This document shows, in pieces, positions 1 to 10,118 of a DNA stretch of 64,000 nt. The stretch is from a virus (taxonomy: Duplodnaviria; Caudoviricetes). The stretch lies in the IMG/VR virus record IMGVR_UViG_3300031998_000009, positions 32,001 through 96,000 of that record; one strand, written 5' to 3'. The position numbers and the translations under genes are program-made. The notes under the pieces are model-generated. The model searched no databases and had not been told where the DNA came from. It saw only the letters and a list, made by a program, of their open reading frames with translations. Each line of letters opens with the position of its first letter. Within the stretch, counting starts at the first letter, position 1.

Positions 1-385
1 CATTTGTATTCGTATACAGCGACTGATGATCAATACAGTAATCACCAAAATCTGTAATTACAATTCCAGAATAACCATATTCTTTAAGTTCAGATTCGAG
101 TTGTTTAATTTCAGGAAGTTCCTTATAACTTTTCTCAAGATCAAAGTCTTCCTCGTCATAATTATGATCTTCCGCGATCATTGTTACAAGATAACTTAAT
201 TTTTCAGAAGGTGTAGTTAGTTCATCTGGACCCCAACTATACCAACCAAGTTCCACCTCTACCTCATTGTTTTCATTTTTAGGTAGGTTTTTCATTCCTC
301 TCCATTCTTCCTTACCTTTAATAGTAACAGAATGACATGAAGAACTGTTTGTTTCAAAAACTCCTCTTCTGATTGAAATTTTCAT
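1..385 (-). CDS. FETNSSS-motif phage protein (partial, runs off window; not in ORF track)
   Basis: Manual translation from ATG at 385: MKISIRRGVFETNSSSCHSVTIKGKEEW...IDHQS, open to position 1; N-terminus nearly identical to 388..918. Confidence 0.9.
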   Translation of the reverse strand, partial: MKISIRRGVFETNSSSCHSVTIKGKEEWRGMKNLPKNENNEVEVELGWYSWGPDELTTPSEKLSYLVTMIAEDHNYDEEDFDLEKSYKELPEIKQLESELKEYGYSGIVITDFGDYCIDHQSLYTNTN

Positions 386-387
386 AG

Positions 388-918
388 TTAATCTTCCTCC
401 TCGAATTCTTCATTTTCATCATTATTATAGGGTGTGTCAACTGTATTCTTATTTACAATTCCAAGATGAACCATATCCATGAAGATATTGTATTCATCAC
501 CGTCACAAATAATAATATATTTCTCATTAACCAAGAAATCTTCCAGTGAGATATTGTGATCAGCTAAAAAACAAGTAAGGTTTACATCACCTTCACTATA
601 TCCACTATCATAAACATCTGTGAAACCCTTAAACTCCGGGATGTACTTTTCTACAATATTTTCCAGTTCTTCCATCAGAGTATCTTTATACCTCGCCATC
701 TCGTAAACGTAACAAACCTTCTCGTAAAACTTTGACAGGTATCGAAAAGGAGCTCTTCCGAATGAAGGATTATCCATCTTCCACATACCTTTACCATTGA
801 TAAAATTTTCAAGAATATAGTCTCTGTCTACAGCAATCTTATCACTATTACTATTTATTGCAATAGAGTGACTAGAAGAACTATTGGTTTCAAATACACC
901 ACGTCTGATAGAAATCAT
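388..918 (-). CDS. FETNSSS-motif phage protein
   Basis: MISIRRGVFETNSSSSHSI N-terminus; AGGAGG RBS. Confidence 0.9.
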   Translation of the reverse strand: MISIRRGVFETNSSSSHSIAINSNSDKIAVDRDYILENFINGKGMWKMDNPSFGRAPFRYLSKFYEKVCYVYEMARYKDTLMEELENIVEKYIPEFKGFTDVYDSGYSEGDVNLTCFLADHNISLEDFLVNEKYIIICDGDEYNIFMDMVHLGIVNKNTVDTPYNNDENEEFEEED

Positions 919-929
919 AATATCCTCCT

Positions 930-1592
930 TTATTCATTGATAACAGTCGCAGATTCTTTATAATCATTAAACAAAATAATTTTATACTCGTCCTTATTAA
1001 ACATATTATCGGCTAACATTCTATCAATATAACCTTCTTCCATATCATCCAAAATAAGAATATAATCTTTTTTGAAGATAATGTCTAAAATAGAAGGCAC
1101 ATACTTTTCAATATGTTTAATAAATGAATAAGAACAGATCTTCCCATAATTAATAAGAGGTGGTTCATCTGGATCTTCAATATTATAATAATACTGTCTA
1201 TAATTAAGTTCTGTTACCTTTGGAAAATCAAATCTATTAAATTCTGGAAATAGTTCTCTTATTTCTTGTACAAGATTGTCTAATTCAACATTAGCGTCTT
1301 CTTGTGTATAGGCACCTTTACTGTGAAGTAAAGAAGCTATATAAAAACGAAGTTTATTCCAGGGTTCATCGAGGATAGTAATATTATTTTCATTCATCCA
1401 GATAAGTTCGTTATATCTTTTGCTATCAAGTCTTAAAATACCATTTTTGTACTCTTTCCATGATCCATCTTCATCTTTAGCCCAAGAAGTATCATACCCG
1501 GATAACTCGGACTTCATAGCACTGAATAATGCCTTACAATAATCGGAAGTACCGTTTTTCTTGATAAACAAATAAACTTTCAAATCTCTCAT
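930..1592 (-). CDS. Hypothetical protein, probable distant paralog of the FETNSSS proteins lacking the motif
   Basis: C-terminus (ILDIIFKKDYILILDD) resembles LEDFLVNEKYIIICDGD of 388..918; coupled to the radical SAM gene. Confidence 0.65.
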   Translation of the reverse strand: MRDLKVYLFIKKNGTSDYCKALFSAMKSELSGYDTSWAKDEDGSWKEYKNGILRLDSKRYNELIWMNENNITILDEPWNKLRFYIASLLHSKGAYTQEDANVELDNLVQEIRELFPEFNRFDFPKVTELNYRQYYYNIEDPDEPPLINYGKICSYSFIKHIEKYVPSILDIIFKKDYILILDDMEEGYIDRMLADNMFNKDEYKIILFNDYKESATVINE

Positions 1593-2500
1593 TACTTACC
1601 TACCTCCGTTCTTACTTTACTGAACATAGTTTCAATACACTCGCTTGTGAATGGATATCTTTTATCGGATGTAGAACTCACTGCATATTCACGTTTTACG
1701 GCATCCACATACATTGTGAAGTTACCATCGTCACCCATATAGAAATGATCCCAATCTTCTTCAGGTACAATAGATTTAACGTCTAACTGTTTGATGGCAA
1801 GATTATCAAAACTTACTACTTTGAATTTCTCAATAATTTCTGGAAGCATCGAAGCGATCTTATTAATTCTTGTATCAATAAGAGCCCCTCTATCTACAGA
1901 ACTTTTGTAAAATGTATTTCCTTTTCTGAAATGTTTATAACCCAAGATCAACAGTTTAATATTCTGATTGTACATTCTTCGAAGCTGTGGTCTAGATACA
2001 ATACCGGCAATAACATGAATAACAGCATTAGGAATTTCCTTTACAAGTTCAATAAACTCCGGTGTAGGTTCCATAAGTGAAATACCCAGACCATAAATAA
2101 GTTTGTTATCAACAAGTTCTTTAATACTATCGAAGTATCTTTCAAAATGATACTGATTTACCGTCATATTACAGATCAAATTATGTTCTTTGCACATAAT
2201 AAGAAACTGTTCCAAATCAGGATGTTCCAGTGGATTACCGCCACCGATTGCAATCTCTGTATATGGATTTAGTGTTTTAATAAACGGAAGATTCATAATG
2301 TCACCATGTTCACCTGAGCTACTAGATGCTTCGTGACACCACATACAGTTTCTATCACATTTATTAGTGATTTTCAAATCCATTGACTCCGGTTTTGTGG
2401 GTACATAAGTATCTTCTTTACAAAAACGAATTTTTGTTCCATCTGAAAACATTGTAATAGTATAGTTTCCATTTTGAGTTGTTCCAATAAGTTGAGACAT
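1592..2500 (-). CDS. Radical SAM protein
   Basis: CxxxCxxC motif (CDRNCMWC) and GGGNP motif. Confidence 0.92.
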   Translation of the reverse strand: MSQLIGTTQNGNYTITMFSDGTKIRFCKEDTYVPTKPESMDLKITNKCDRNCMWCHEASSSSGEHGDIMNLPFIKTLNPYTEIAIGGGNPLEHPDLEQFLIMCKEHNLICNMTVNQYHFERYFDSIKELVDNKLIYGLGISLMEPTPEFIELVKEIPNAVIHVIAGIVSRPQLRRMYNQNIKLLILGYKHFRKGNTFYKSSVDRGALIDTRINKIASMLPEIIEKFKVVSFDNLAIKQLDVKSIVPEEDWDHFYMGDDGNFTMYVDAVKREYAVSSTSDKRYPFTSECIETMFSKVRTEVGK

Positions 2501-2511
2501 ATAAACCTCCT

Positions 2512-2973
2512 TTAAAACGTCAATAGAGTATAATCTGGAGAATCCAATGTGGAAGGTACATAGGAAGGATTATCCGAATAAAGTTTATCATAAGAACCTT
2601 TTAGATATTCGTCTATCTCGATATCTATCCCTAAATACTCATAATTCCAATCGAATTTAGTTGAATCCCACACAGTACAATCGTTTATTTTATACTTTTT
2701 AGATGGACTTGCTAAACATTCCATAAGAAGTTTCTTCTCATGAGAATTAAGTTTCCAGAGTTCTTTCCCGTCTGTTTGATGATATGTCCATCTAGGAGCA
2801 AAAAACATAAGACGTATAACAGAGTCTGCATTTCTGTAATCTGTGTTATTATAAAATTTAAAGTATGGATCACCTATTCGGTTAGAGTCTGGATTAACAG
2901 CAACAGACACATTATTCTTAAAATCTCTGTGAACGGTTGCCATTTCAAATAATTCATTTTTAAGTGGTATCAT
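2512..2973 (-). CDS. Leader-bearing protein (LFE|MA), DUF4160-like, paralog of 9684..10052
   Basis: Shared EMA...GxP[YH]F...HxxGK...LNxxxKKxL...PxxKxK...TxW...PxYxxL pattern. Confidence 0.7.
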   Translation of the reverse strand: MIPLKNELFEMATVHRDFKNNVSVAVNPDSNRIGDPYFKFYNNTDYRNADSVIRLMFFAPRWTYHQTDGKELWKLNSHEKKLLMECLASPSKKYKINDCTVWDSTKFDWNYEYLGIDIEIDEYLKGSYDKLYSDNPSYVPSTLDSPDYTLLTF

Positions 2974-2985
2974 AATAATTTCCTT

Positions 2986-3375
2986 TCAAACATAAGGTAA
3001 ATAGTCAACAAACTTTTTATCTATAAGGTCATACCTATATCTAACAGTGTCACAAGTCTCCTCTATATAATAATAACAGTTCAACACATTGTTACCGTTG
3101 AAGTTCAAATAATAACTTCCAAGGTGCTCCAAAAACTGAATACACATCTGACCAGAAGTTACTGTACTAAAATCTTTACCGTAAAAGAAACTCAATAACA
3201 ATGTTAGATCTACATCCTTAAAAGATATGGTAAATTTATCTCCATTCTGGAAGTAAAACTCGACATCGGATGTGTTTACAGTTTCCTCCAAGGTATAGTT
3301 CCCGAATGTGTCTGTATCCCAGTCTGTTTCAATCTTAACTAGATTAGTATTCTGTAATTTTACAAGAATATCCAT
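2986..3375 (-). CDS. Hypothetical protein
   Basis: ORF with AGGAGG RBS inside operon. Confidence 0.75.
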   Translation of the reverse strand: MDILVKLQNTNLVKIETDWDTDTFGNYTLEETVNTSDVEFYFQNGDKFTISFKDVDLTLLLSFFYGKDFSTVTSGQMCIQFLEHLGSYYLNFNGNNVLNCYYYIEETCDTVRYRYDLIDKKFVDYLPYV

Positions 3376-3389
3376 TTAGAAGTCCTCCT

Positions 3390-3797
3390 TTATTTGATCT
3401 TCCACACTTTTCCCACACATTTATCTGTGCAGTCCCAAATGTCGTGAACCTTACCGTCAATAACAACCGTCAGATGATGTGAACCCATATGACAAATGTA
3501 AACACCGGTATTAAACTCTTCACAGAACTGTTTTCCTGTATATTTAGTTTTATCCGGATGTCTTGGAGATTTAAGTTCTGTAAACATCTTGAGTTTATGT
3601 TTTAGGAGTTTCGGATCGTTGATAGAGTACCCTGTCTGAAGTGAAAGTACTACCATAGATTCCAAGGTATTTTTATAGGTATCACCCAGTGCATTAGCAA
3701 GTGCTCTAATAGTGCAATCACCTGTGTGTTTACCTTTTGGATTAAGATTTTCGTAAACGAACCATTTAGTATTAGGATCAACAATTCGCTTTGCCAT
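3390..3797 (-). CDS. Conserved phage protein, possible papain-like fold
   Basis: GDCTIRAL...HLTVV...DIWD motifs (candidate Cys-His-Asp set). Confidence 0.55.
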   Translation of the reverse strand: MAKRIVDPNTKWFVYENLNPKGKHTGDCTIRALANALGDTYKNTLESMVVLSLQTGYSINDPKLLKHKLKMFTELKSPRHPDKTKYTGKQFCEEFNTGVYICHMGSHHLTVVIDGKVHDIWDCTDKCVGKVWKIK

Positions 3798-3836
3798 AAT
3801 CTTAACCTCCTCAATAACATTTACTTTACTATATAT

Positions 3837-3923
3837 AGTATAACATATTATAAAGAAAAAGTCAAGAGGTTATAGAAATAATTTTATTTTAACTAATAAA
3901 ATTATTTCAATTATAACCTCTTG
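3837..3923 (-). promoter_or_regulatory. Repeated sigma-A type promoter P1 with long inverted repeat overlapping -35
   Basis: -35 TTGACT (3865-3860), 17 nt, TG-extended -10 TATACT (3842-3837); IR caagaggttata...tataacctcttg 3863-3923. Confidence 0.85.
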
Positions 3924-3976
3924 TTTTTGTATAATATAATAATATTAAATTTAATATGAATAAGTAAAGTTAAAAG

Positions 3977-4234
3977 TTAATCTATTCTGGTTACACTATT
4001 CGGAATGGTTATTGATTTTAATCTTTCATTAGAATTGAATGTTGTGGCTTCTATCTCTGTAATAATATTGCCATCAATAGAATCGTCCATATCCAATTTA
4101 GCTTTTCTACCATAATATAGATAGACTGTACAGGTGTTTGGAGAAGAACCTGTTACAAAGTAATAAAATTGAGGTGGTAGTTTAGTAGGTATAGACAAAT
4201 AATACTTTTTTAATATTTCGATTCTAGGTGTCAT
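3977..4234 (-). pseudogene. Truncated BspA-type LRR protein
   Basis: Ends abruptly inside its first LRR unit (LKSITIPNSVTRID*). Confidence 0.6.
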
Positions 4235-4249
4235 AATAAATTCCTCCTA

Positions 4250-5695
4250 TCACGAACTTGGTTCCTCGTATCCAGCTACTACTGCACAGATATGAAAACC
4301 GTCATTAAATAACAATATATGAATAACTGACATTGTTGTAATATCTATTTCTGGATTCATTAAATATATTCGAGTACTATCATTTGCTGTAAAGTTTGTC
4401 ATTAGATCTTCTGCAGCAGTTGTATTTGAAGATTTTCTAAATATAATAACAGCGTTATAATCTCTGGGCGTAATGGATTGTATAATTGTAGTAGGATCGC
4501 CGTAAGTTACTGGATCACTCCATGTAGTCGAGCCAATATCCAATACATTAATTGCTGCCACTGTATGATTTTCCAATGTTGTTTCTGTACTGTTTTGAGG
4601 TAATCTAGATAAAGATAATGTAGAGTTATCGGAAGGAATACTAATTGAATCTAATAGAGATACAAGAGATGTTCCATGTTGACATATGACATTACCTTGA
4701 AATCTTCCGTTTCCACTAGTATCAAGAGAAAAAGCATTAGTTCTATGTGTTTCATCAGAACCGTTACCTACAGCAAAAATAGTTCTGTTATAATCGTAAT
4801 TATATTTACCAAATATCGTGACTGTATTAGGATTTGAATATTGTGCACGAAGATTATTACCCCAAACAAAAGACGCATATTTGTAGATACTTACATCACT
4901 ATAAACACCACCTACGGTGTTGAATTTTCCGGCAACATTATTGCCGACTCCGTAACTGTTACATCCTAAAGAATAATCGGCAATACCTGTATAGGTAAAT
5001 CCAGTAGGTACAGGGGGTAAGCTGTCCTTTATTGTGTCCGGAACGTCATTTGGATCACCTATATTAAATGCTGTACTGGCAATACCAAAATTCTTATTAC
5101 CTACACCAAAAGCAGAAGCGTACAGATTAACAGCTACGTTATTATGTTTATATTCGGAAGAGTTATTATCTTCATCGAAAACATAATTGTATATTTCGGC
5201 ACCAGGAGCTCCTGTATAAGTGCTTCCATCTACAGTGACAGATTTACCTGTCATACTCGCACCCACACCAAATATCTTACTATCGTGTCTACGAATGGTA
5301 ATATTATCCGGTTCTATATTACTACCTATACAATCTAGGAACTTCTGACCGTTCCACATAATGGCACGAAAATATTTATTACCTTCACTATCAAGCTGTG
5401 TACACACGAGCATTTTATCTTTAACTCTATAATCAACTGGAATATTGTAATTATGTGCTGGGTCTGTAAAATCTACATTTTGTATATCACTAATATCTAA
5501 TACGTCACATTGTTTTGATTTACCTACACACAAAGATGCAATTTTTGCTGTCTGGGAAGAAGTTTCTCTGATAAAGTAAACACCGTTTGTTTTGATACCA
5601 CCTTCACTTTCAGGTATCTGTGAAAGTGTATCATATGTTATTCTATCTAATATATAAATTTTAGTGGTCTGTGCATCTATTGCCATTCTAATCAT
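4250..5695 (-). CDS. Putative virion fibre/adhesin with YadA-like beta-roll segment
   Basis: ASAFGVGN-type repeats and FAVGNGSDETHRTNAF motif typical of phage fibre proteins. Confidence 0.6.
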   Translation of the reverse strand: MIRMAIDAQTTKIYILDRITYDTLSQIPESEGGIKTNGVYFIRETSSQTAKIASLCVGKSKQCDVLDISDIQNVDFTDPAHNYNIPVDYRVKDKMLVCTQLDSEGNKYFRAIMWNGQKFLDCIGSNIEPDNITIRRHDSKIFGVGASMTGKSVTVDGSTYTGAPGAEIYNYVFDEDNNSSEYKHNNVAVNLYASAFGVGNKNFGIASTAFNIGDPNDVPDTIKDSLPPVPTGFTYTGIADYSLGCNSYGVGNNVAGKFNTVGGVYSDVSIYKYASFVWGNNLRAQYSNPNTVTIFGKYNYDYNRTIFAVGNGSDETHRTNAFSLDTSGNGRFQGNVICQHGTSLVSLLDSISIPSDNSTLSLSRLPQNSTETTLENHTVAAINVLDIGSTTWSDPVTYGDPTTIIQSITPRDYNAVIIFRKSSNTTAAEDLMTNFTANDSTRIYLMNPEIDITTMSVIHILLFNDGFHICAVVAGYEEPSS

Positions 5696-5797
5696 CCTCT
5701 CATAAAAAGAAAACCACTTTGTATTGGATCACTACTAATTAGTGTTCCGTCAAAGCGGTTTTATTTTATAATATATAATTTATTTCCTACAATTTGA

Positions 5798-6994
5798 TTA
5801 TGCTACTTTGTAGGCTATAACTTTGCATCTAGTAAGTACTGTTTGTTTTTCTTCCTTATATTCTGTGTGGTCTTTGATAGTTCCAGTAATTGTGACGTTC
5901 GTTACTGTATCAATTTCTACAAGGTGTCCTTTTTCATCGTAGAACTCAAGGTATCCAGAGGTTTTCCAAATGTAAATGTTTCCTTCGTTATCTACGAACT
6001 TGTAGATTCTGGTATAACCAAACTGTGTTTCGTATCCACCTACCAGCTTAATAGTTCCAGTAACAGTGATTTTAGTTCCTTTGGTACCTACGAAGTTGCT
6101 GAGTTTTGCAGATTCAAGTCTATTCTTTTCCTGTTCGATTCTAGTAATGATTTTCTTATACAGTTCGTAAGCATATGCTACAAAACCATTTGCACCTGTA
6201 ATAGGCTTCTTACCAGTAACAAATATCATTGTATCATGTTCGAAAGGATCACGAGTATCTGTAAAGTTATTAAAGAACTCAATAACTTTCTTTGCCTTTT
6301 CTACATAAGTCCCTTCAATGTTATTCTTTTTGTAATTACGGAATGCTTCGAATTTGAGTTCCTTGTTATAACCGTATGTTTCAATAAGTTTAATGCAATT
6401 TGCCAGGTAGTTGGTTATATCCAGGCACTCTTTATAGTATCCGGTATAGTCCATAGGAATTTCAAGATCCTGATTGATCCACTCCTGGATCTCGTAAAAG
6501 TATTTGTAGAACATTTCAACATTGTATCCAATGAAGTCCTTGAGGCAAGTAGTACCTACCATAATCTCTTTACCAGTTTCTTCGTGAATAAGAACAACTG
6601 CTTTGTTTCTTTTGTGATTAGTCTTGCAGTGGTCACATCTAATGGTAGAATGTGTGTACTGTCTGAAATCCATTTCTTCATCGACTGTGTAAACAAGATT
6701 TCCTTCAACAGCCTGCTCTACAACACAACCCACTTTATATCCGGAGATTCTGTAAGGAGTGAAGTTAAGAACATATTCCACGCATTCCACATTCATGGAA
6801 CCGACCTTATATTTGGTCTGCGTAAGCTGATCAATGTTGTAAACAGGAACTTCCTTTACAAACTCTCGAACCGGGTAAAACTCTTTTGTAGCTCCGATGG
6901 AGTCCAGTTTCTTGAAAATTCTATTTACTTTTTTAGTAAGTTCTTCAAACAAAACTTTAGTTGTTACATAAGTCTTCATATCCAGTACCTCCAA
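5798..6994 (-). CDS. Conserved phage protein with Zn motif and C-terminal OB-fold-like domain
   Basis: CDHC...VGTTC; C-terminal FVGTKG...FG...WKTS...GTIKDH.EY..EKQTVLTR; true start probably MKTYV (6979). Confidence 0.65.
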   Translation of the reverse strand: MEVLDMKTYVTTKVLFEELTKKVNRIFKKLDSIGATKEFYPVREFVKEVPVYNIDQLTQTKYKVGSMNVECVEYVLNFTPYRISGYKVGCVVEQAVEGNLVYTVDEEMDFRQYTHSTIRCDHCKTNHKRNKAVVLIHEETGKEIMVGTTCLKDFIGYNVEMFYKYFYEIQEWINQDLEIPMDYTGYYKECLDITNYLANCIKLIETYGYNKELKFEAFRNYKKNNIEGTYVEKAKKVIEFFNNFTDTRDPFEHDTMIFVTGKKPITGANGFVAYAYELYKKIITRIEQEKNRLESAKLSNFVGTKGTKITVTGTIKLVGGYETQFGYTRIYKFVDNEGNIYIWKTSGYLEFYDEKGHLVEIDTVTNVTITGTIKDHTEYKEEKQTVLTRCKVIAYKVA

Positions 6995-7027
6995 GCAGTT
7001 ATTCTATATACATTTCTTACTATATAT

Positions 7028-7110
7028 AGTATAACATATTTTAGAGGAAATGTCAAGTAGTTACAGAAAAATTCAATAAAAAATGCCCACAAAGATTGTG
7101 AGCATTTTTT
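7028..7110 (-). promoter_or_regulatory. Promoter P2 plus upstream stem-loop
   Basis: TTGACA-17-TATACT; hairpin aaatgcccacaaagattgtgagcattt. Confidence 0.88.
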
Positions 7111-7136
7111 GTATAGATTATACAGTTTATTACATA

Positions 7137-7517
7137 TTACTCTTTCAACATAGCTTCCAGTTCCTCAATGGACTTGTTCTGAAGTTCGGCATCCTTCTTG
7201 GAAGCCAGGATATCACAAATTCTCTGTTTCTTTTTGGAGATCTCGATAGCATTACGAATAGCTTCTTCCTCTTCTTTACGAGTCTTGTAAATATCCTTTA
7301 CGATCTCGATTTTAATCTCCAGTACAGGATTTGCAGTATTACGAGTATCCATAAGGGATTCTACATCCTGGTTCTTTTCCTCTGTTTTCAGAGATCTGTA
7401 AATTTCGTCCAAATCTTTAAGACTCATAACAAACAGATCTTCAACACACAGATTACCCTTCTTCGTAGCAAATCTAATCTTGTACTGTGCGGCGAGTTTA
7501 TAAATGTTTCCTTCCAT
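7137..7517 (-). CDS. Conserved phage coiled-coil protein
   Basis: KIRFATKKGNLCVEDLF N-terminus, charged helical tail; partner of 7594..9654. Confidence 0.75.
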   Translation of the reverse strand: MEGNIYKLAAQYKIRFATKKGNLCVEDLFVMSLKDLDEIYRSLKTEEKNQDVESLMDTRNTANPVLEIKIEIVKDIYKTRKEEEEAIRNAIEISKKKQRICDILASKKDAELQNKSIEELEAMLKE

Positions 7518-7550
7518 GATAGTATTCCTCCATTTTAATTTTATTTTAGA

Positions 7551-7581
7551 GTAGTTAGAGGATATGGAATCCTCTAACTAC
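7551..7581. terminator. Intergenic hairpin
   Basis: gtagttagagga-N7-tcctctaactac perfect stem. Confidence 0.6.
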
Positions 7582-7593
7582 ATCTTGACTTAA

Positions 7594-9654
7594 TTAGAAC
7601 TGAATTTTAAGAATTCGTTCACTTGTTCCAGTTACCTTCACAACCAATTCTGCTTTCTTGTCCAATGCAAAACCAAGACCGGAAAGCTGGTCATCGGTAT
7701 CATCCACTCTCATTTTATTGCCAAGCGCTGCCATAACACGTTTATTTTCATCAAGTTCGCTAACAAGGAACTCATTGAAAATACCGGAAGGATTTTCATT
7801 GTTCACACATCCATCTAACATGAAGAAGATGTGTTGATGTCCAATGTTCTTATTAGCAGTTGACCAGTAATTAGGAGAGTACATAATACTAGTAACAGGA
7901 ACGAAGTTGTTAGTATCAATATTCCAAATATTCTTGGAAGTGCTAGTACTGTCAAGTTTCGTATTGATAGTAAATGTTCCATCATTATGTAATGTAACAG
8001 TTGCTACTTCTACAGCTTCATGAGTTCTCATTGAATTTGGATAATCGAAAGAGTAGATGTTCCCATCAAACTCAATTTCAGCTCTGAAACCGTTTCTAAC
8101 AGAACCACTATACTGATGTACGAAGAACTTATACTGTCCAAGTGTCATAGACTTCTTGGAAACCCATGTAATATTCTCTACAGCAGTTTTATCAGATCCT
8201 GTGACTTGACGATATGGATCAATAATATCTACGTCCAGTTCACCTCTAGTAGTCGTATCAAACTTGTTACCGTAATAGATCTCTCTTCCATTAGGTGTAA
8301 TACAATGTGCATCCAGATCCACACTGTCCTTACCGTCTTCATTCCACTTGATTGAAAATCTTAACACACCTTCAATGTTACCACCGAATTCTTTTACCTT
8401 CTGCTTAAAAGAGTCTGTAACATTTCCAGTATATGCCCAGGTATAGTTGTTACCCCATTTGAACATAGATTTAGCATCCGGATCTTGAGGAGCAATAAGT
8501 GAAACAAAGTTTGATTTATGGGAATTTTCTACATACGCTTCGATACTTTGAATTGTAGGAAGTACATCAGTGATAAACTTCTGAATAGGAATTGTTTCTA
8601 CTCTGTCGAACTTTTTAGGTTTTGTTTTAACATCTTTTGCAAGTTCGTCAAAGATACTAGTCGAACCTTTAAGTCTTTTGGATACTGACCTATCTACAAA
8701 CAAAATATCATTAACTGTGATATCATCAATCCTAGCAAATCTTCTGGCAAGTGCTGACATAAAACCAAGTTCTGTGATTTTCTTTTCAGCTTCCTGTCTC
8801 ATTTTTTCTGTAAAAATAGGTTTCGGACGTTTATAAACATTAGGATCGGTAATAGCTTCATAAGCTCTTACGGCTTGTTCCAGATCTTTACCTTCTGAAA
8901 TGTCAACAAGAAGTGTTCCAATAGAGGTATTACGAATTCCTGTAATAGAACATCTACCAAGTTTTACAGAATGTTCCCAAGCATACAGATCTTTCTCTTT
9001 TTCAGAAGTAAGTCCCATATACTTGAGCTTATGTTCTTTGAAAATCTTAAGAGGATTTGTCCATTCCTGTCCTCTGTAAATAGAGTTATCTGCAATAAGT
9101 TCCAACAATGTGTCTACAGCGGACATATCAATTTCATCTAAAGCCCTTTTGAATGTGGATTTAGCAGTTCGAAGTTCATTAAGTCTTGGACCTTTGGAAT
9201 CACCAGAAGTAACAAACTTTTCGTCAAGTTCTGTGTAGAAATGATCCCATTTAATAGGATCTCCGCTTTCTACTAATTCAAAATTATGATGACACCCGAT
9301 CTTCCTAAAAGTTGAAAGGTATACATCACTAATATCATGCTTATGAACAAACTCTGACATAGCTTTAATAACAGGACCGAATACAGGATCGTCACATTCG
9401 AAATCCCAAATGGAAACAACTTTACCTTCAATAATAGCAACTACATTTCCAATCTGTTTAATGAATCCTCTACAACACGAGCAATCATGCTCTGTTCTTG
9501 TACGAAAGATCTTATTCGTTCCTTCTGGGTAGGAATTTAAGTACACATTCCACATTTTTTCCTTGTCCATCTGAACTTCGAACAAATACTGCTGAGGTCT
9601 CATAACCTCATCAAAATGTTTGTTCAAAAGATCTCTCATCTGTGCAAAAATCAT
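7594..9654 (-). CDS. Large conserved phage protein with YfaP/TerD-like C-terminal domain
   Basis: HDCSCC N-terminal motif; W...DLDAHC...LDVD...AVENITW...Y.FFVHQY motif. Confidence 0.65.
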   Translation of the reverse strand: MIFAQMRDLLNKHFDEVMRPQQYLFEVQMDKEKMWNVYLNSYPEGTNKIFRTRTEHDCSCCRGFIKQIGNVVAIIEGKVVSIWDFECDDPVFGPVIKAMSEFVHKHDISDVYLSTFRKIGCHHNFELVESGDPIKWDHFYTELDEKFVTSGDSKGPRLNELRTAKSTFKRALDEIDMSAVDTLLELIADNSIYRGQEWTNPLKIFKEHKLKYMGLTSEKEKDLYAWEHSVKLGRCSITGIRNTSIGTLLVDISEGKDLEQAVRAYEAITDPNVYKRPKPIFTEKMRQEAEKKITELGFMSALARRFARIDDITVNDILFVDRSVSKRLKGSTSIFDELAKDVKTKPKKFDRVETIPIQKFITDVLPTIQSIEAYVENSHKSNFVSLIAPQDPDAKSMFKWGNNYTWAYTGNVTDSFKQKVKEFGGNIEGVLRFSIKWNEDGKDSVDLDAHCITPNGREIYYGNKFDTTTRGELDVDIIDPYRQVTGSDKTAVENITWVSKKSMTLGQYKFFVHQYSGSVRNGFRAEIEFDGNIYSFDYPNSMRTHEAVEVATVTLHNDGTFTINTKLDSTSTSKNIWNIDTNNFVPVTSIMYSPNYWSTANKNIGHQHIFFMLDGCVNNENPSGIFNEFLVSELDENKRVMAALGNKMRVDDTDDQLSGLGFALDKKAELVVKVTGTSERILKIQF

Positions 9655-9683
9655 AAAGAACCTCCTTTTAGTATGTTTTTAAT

Positions 9684-10052
9684 TTATAAATTAAGATAAT
9701 TTGGCATATTTTCTCCAATATCATCAGGTAATAGATAATTGGAATTATTATCATCCCAGCAAGCACATAAATATTCCCAATTCGTATACATTTTAAGTTT
9801 ACGGTGTGGTCTCCTTAAAAAACTCACTAATGATTTTTTAAGTTTAGTGTTTAGAACATCTTCTTTACCCGAATGTTTGAAATAGGCACACTCTAAAATC
9901 TTAACACAACAAGAGAAACCGTCTTCATCATTTGTAATGTGAAAGTGAGGGATTCCATCACCTTCTCTATTATAAATCCAGATCTCGTAATTTCCTTCTT
10001 TTCCTATTTGGGTATCAATAGTTCCTATTTTTGCCATTTCTTTTAAGAACAT
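9684..10052 (-). CDS. Leader-bearing protein (LKE|MA), DUF4160-like
   Basis: PHFH motif; paralog of 2512..2973. Confidence 0.7.
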   Translation of the reverse strand: MFLKEMAKIGTIDTQIGKEGNYEIWIYNREGDGIPHFHITNDEDGFSCCVKILECAYFKHSGKEDVLNTKLKKSLVSFLRRPHRKLKMYTNWEYLCACWDDNNSNYLLPDDIGENMPNYLNL

Positions 10053-10083
10053 AATCTTTCCTCCTCACCCGTTTACTAAACAT

Positions 10084-10112
10084 ATTATAACATATTATAG
10101 AAAAAAAGTCAA
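10084..10112 (-). promoter_or_regulatory. Promoter P3
   Basis: TTGACT-17-TATAAT with TG extension. Confidence 0.8.
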
Positions 10113-10118
10113 GTACTT

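Noticed and set aside
5712-5762. Imperfect hairpin upstream of the fibre gene as a tRNA or riboswitch
   Set aside because: No cloverleaf, T-loop or known aptamer motif; more simply a terminator-like stem.
5843-7060. 405-aa plus-strand ORF
   Set aside because: Antisense shadow of 5798..6994. It is Phe/Ile/Ser-rich, has no clear RBS and runs through promoter P2, so codon bias of the real gene explains it.
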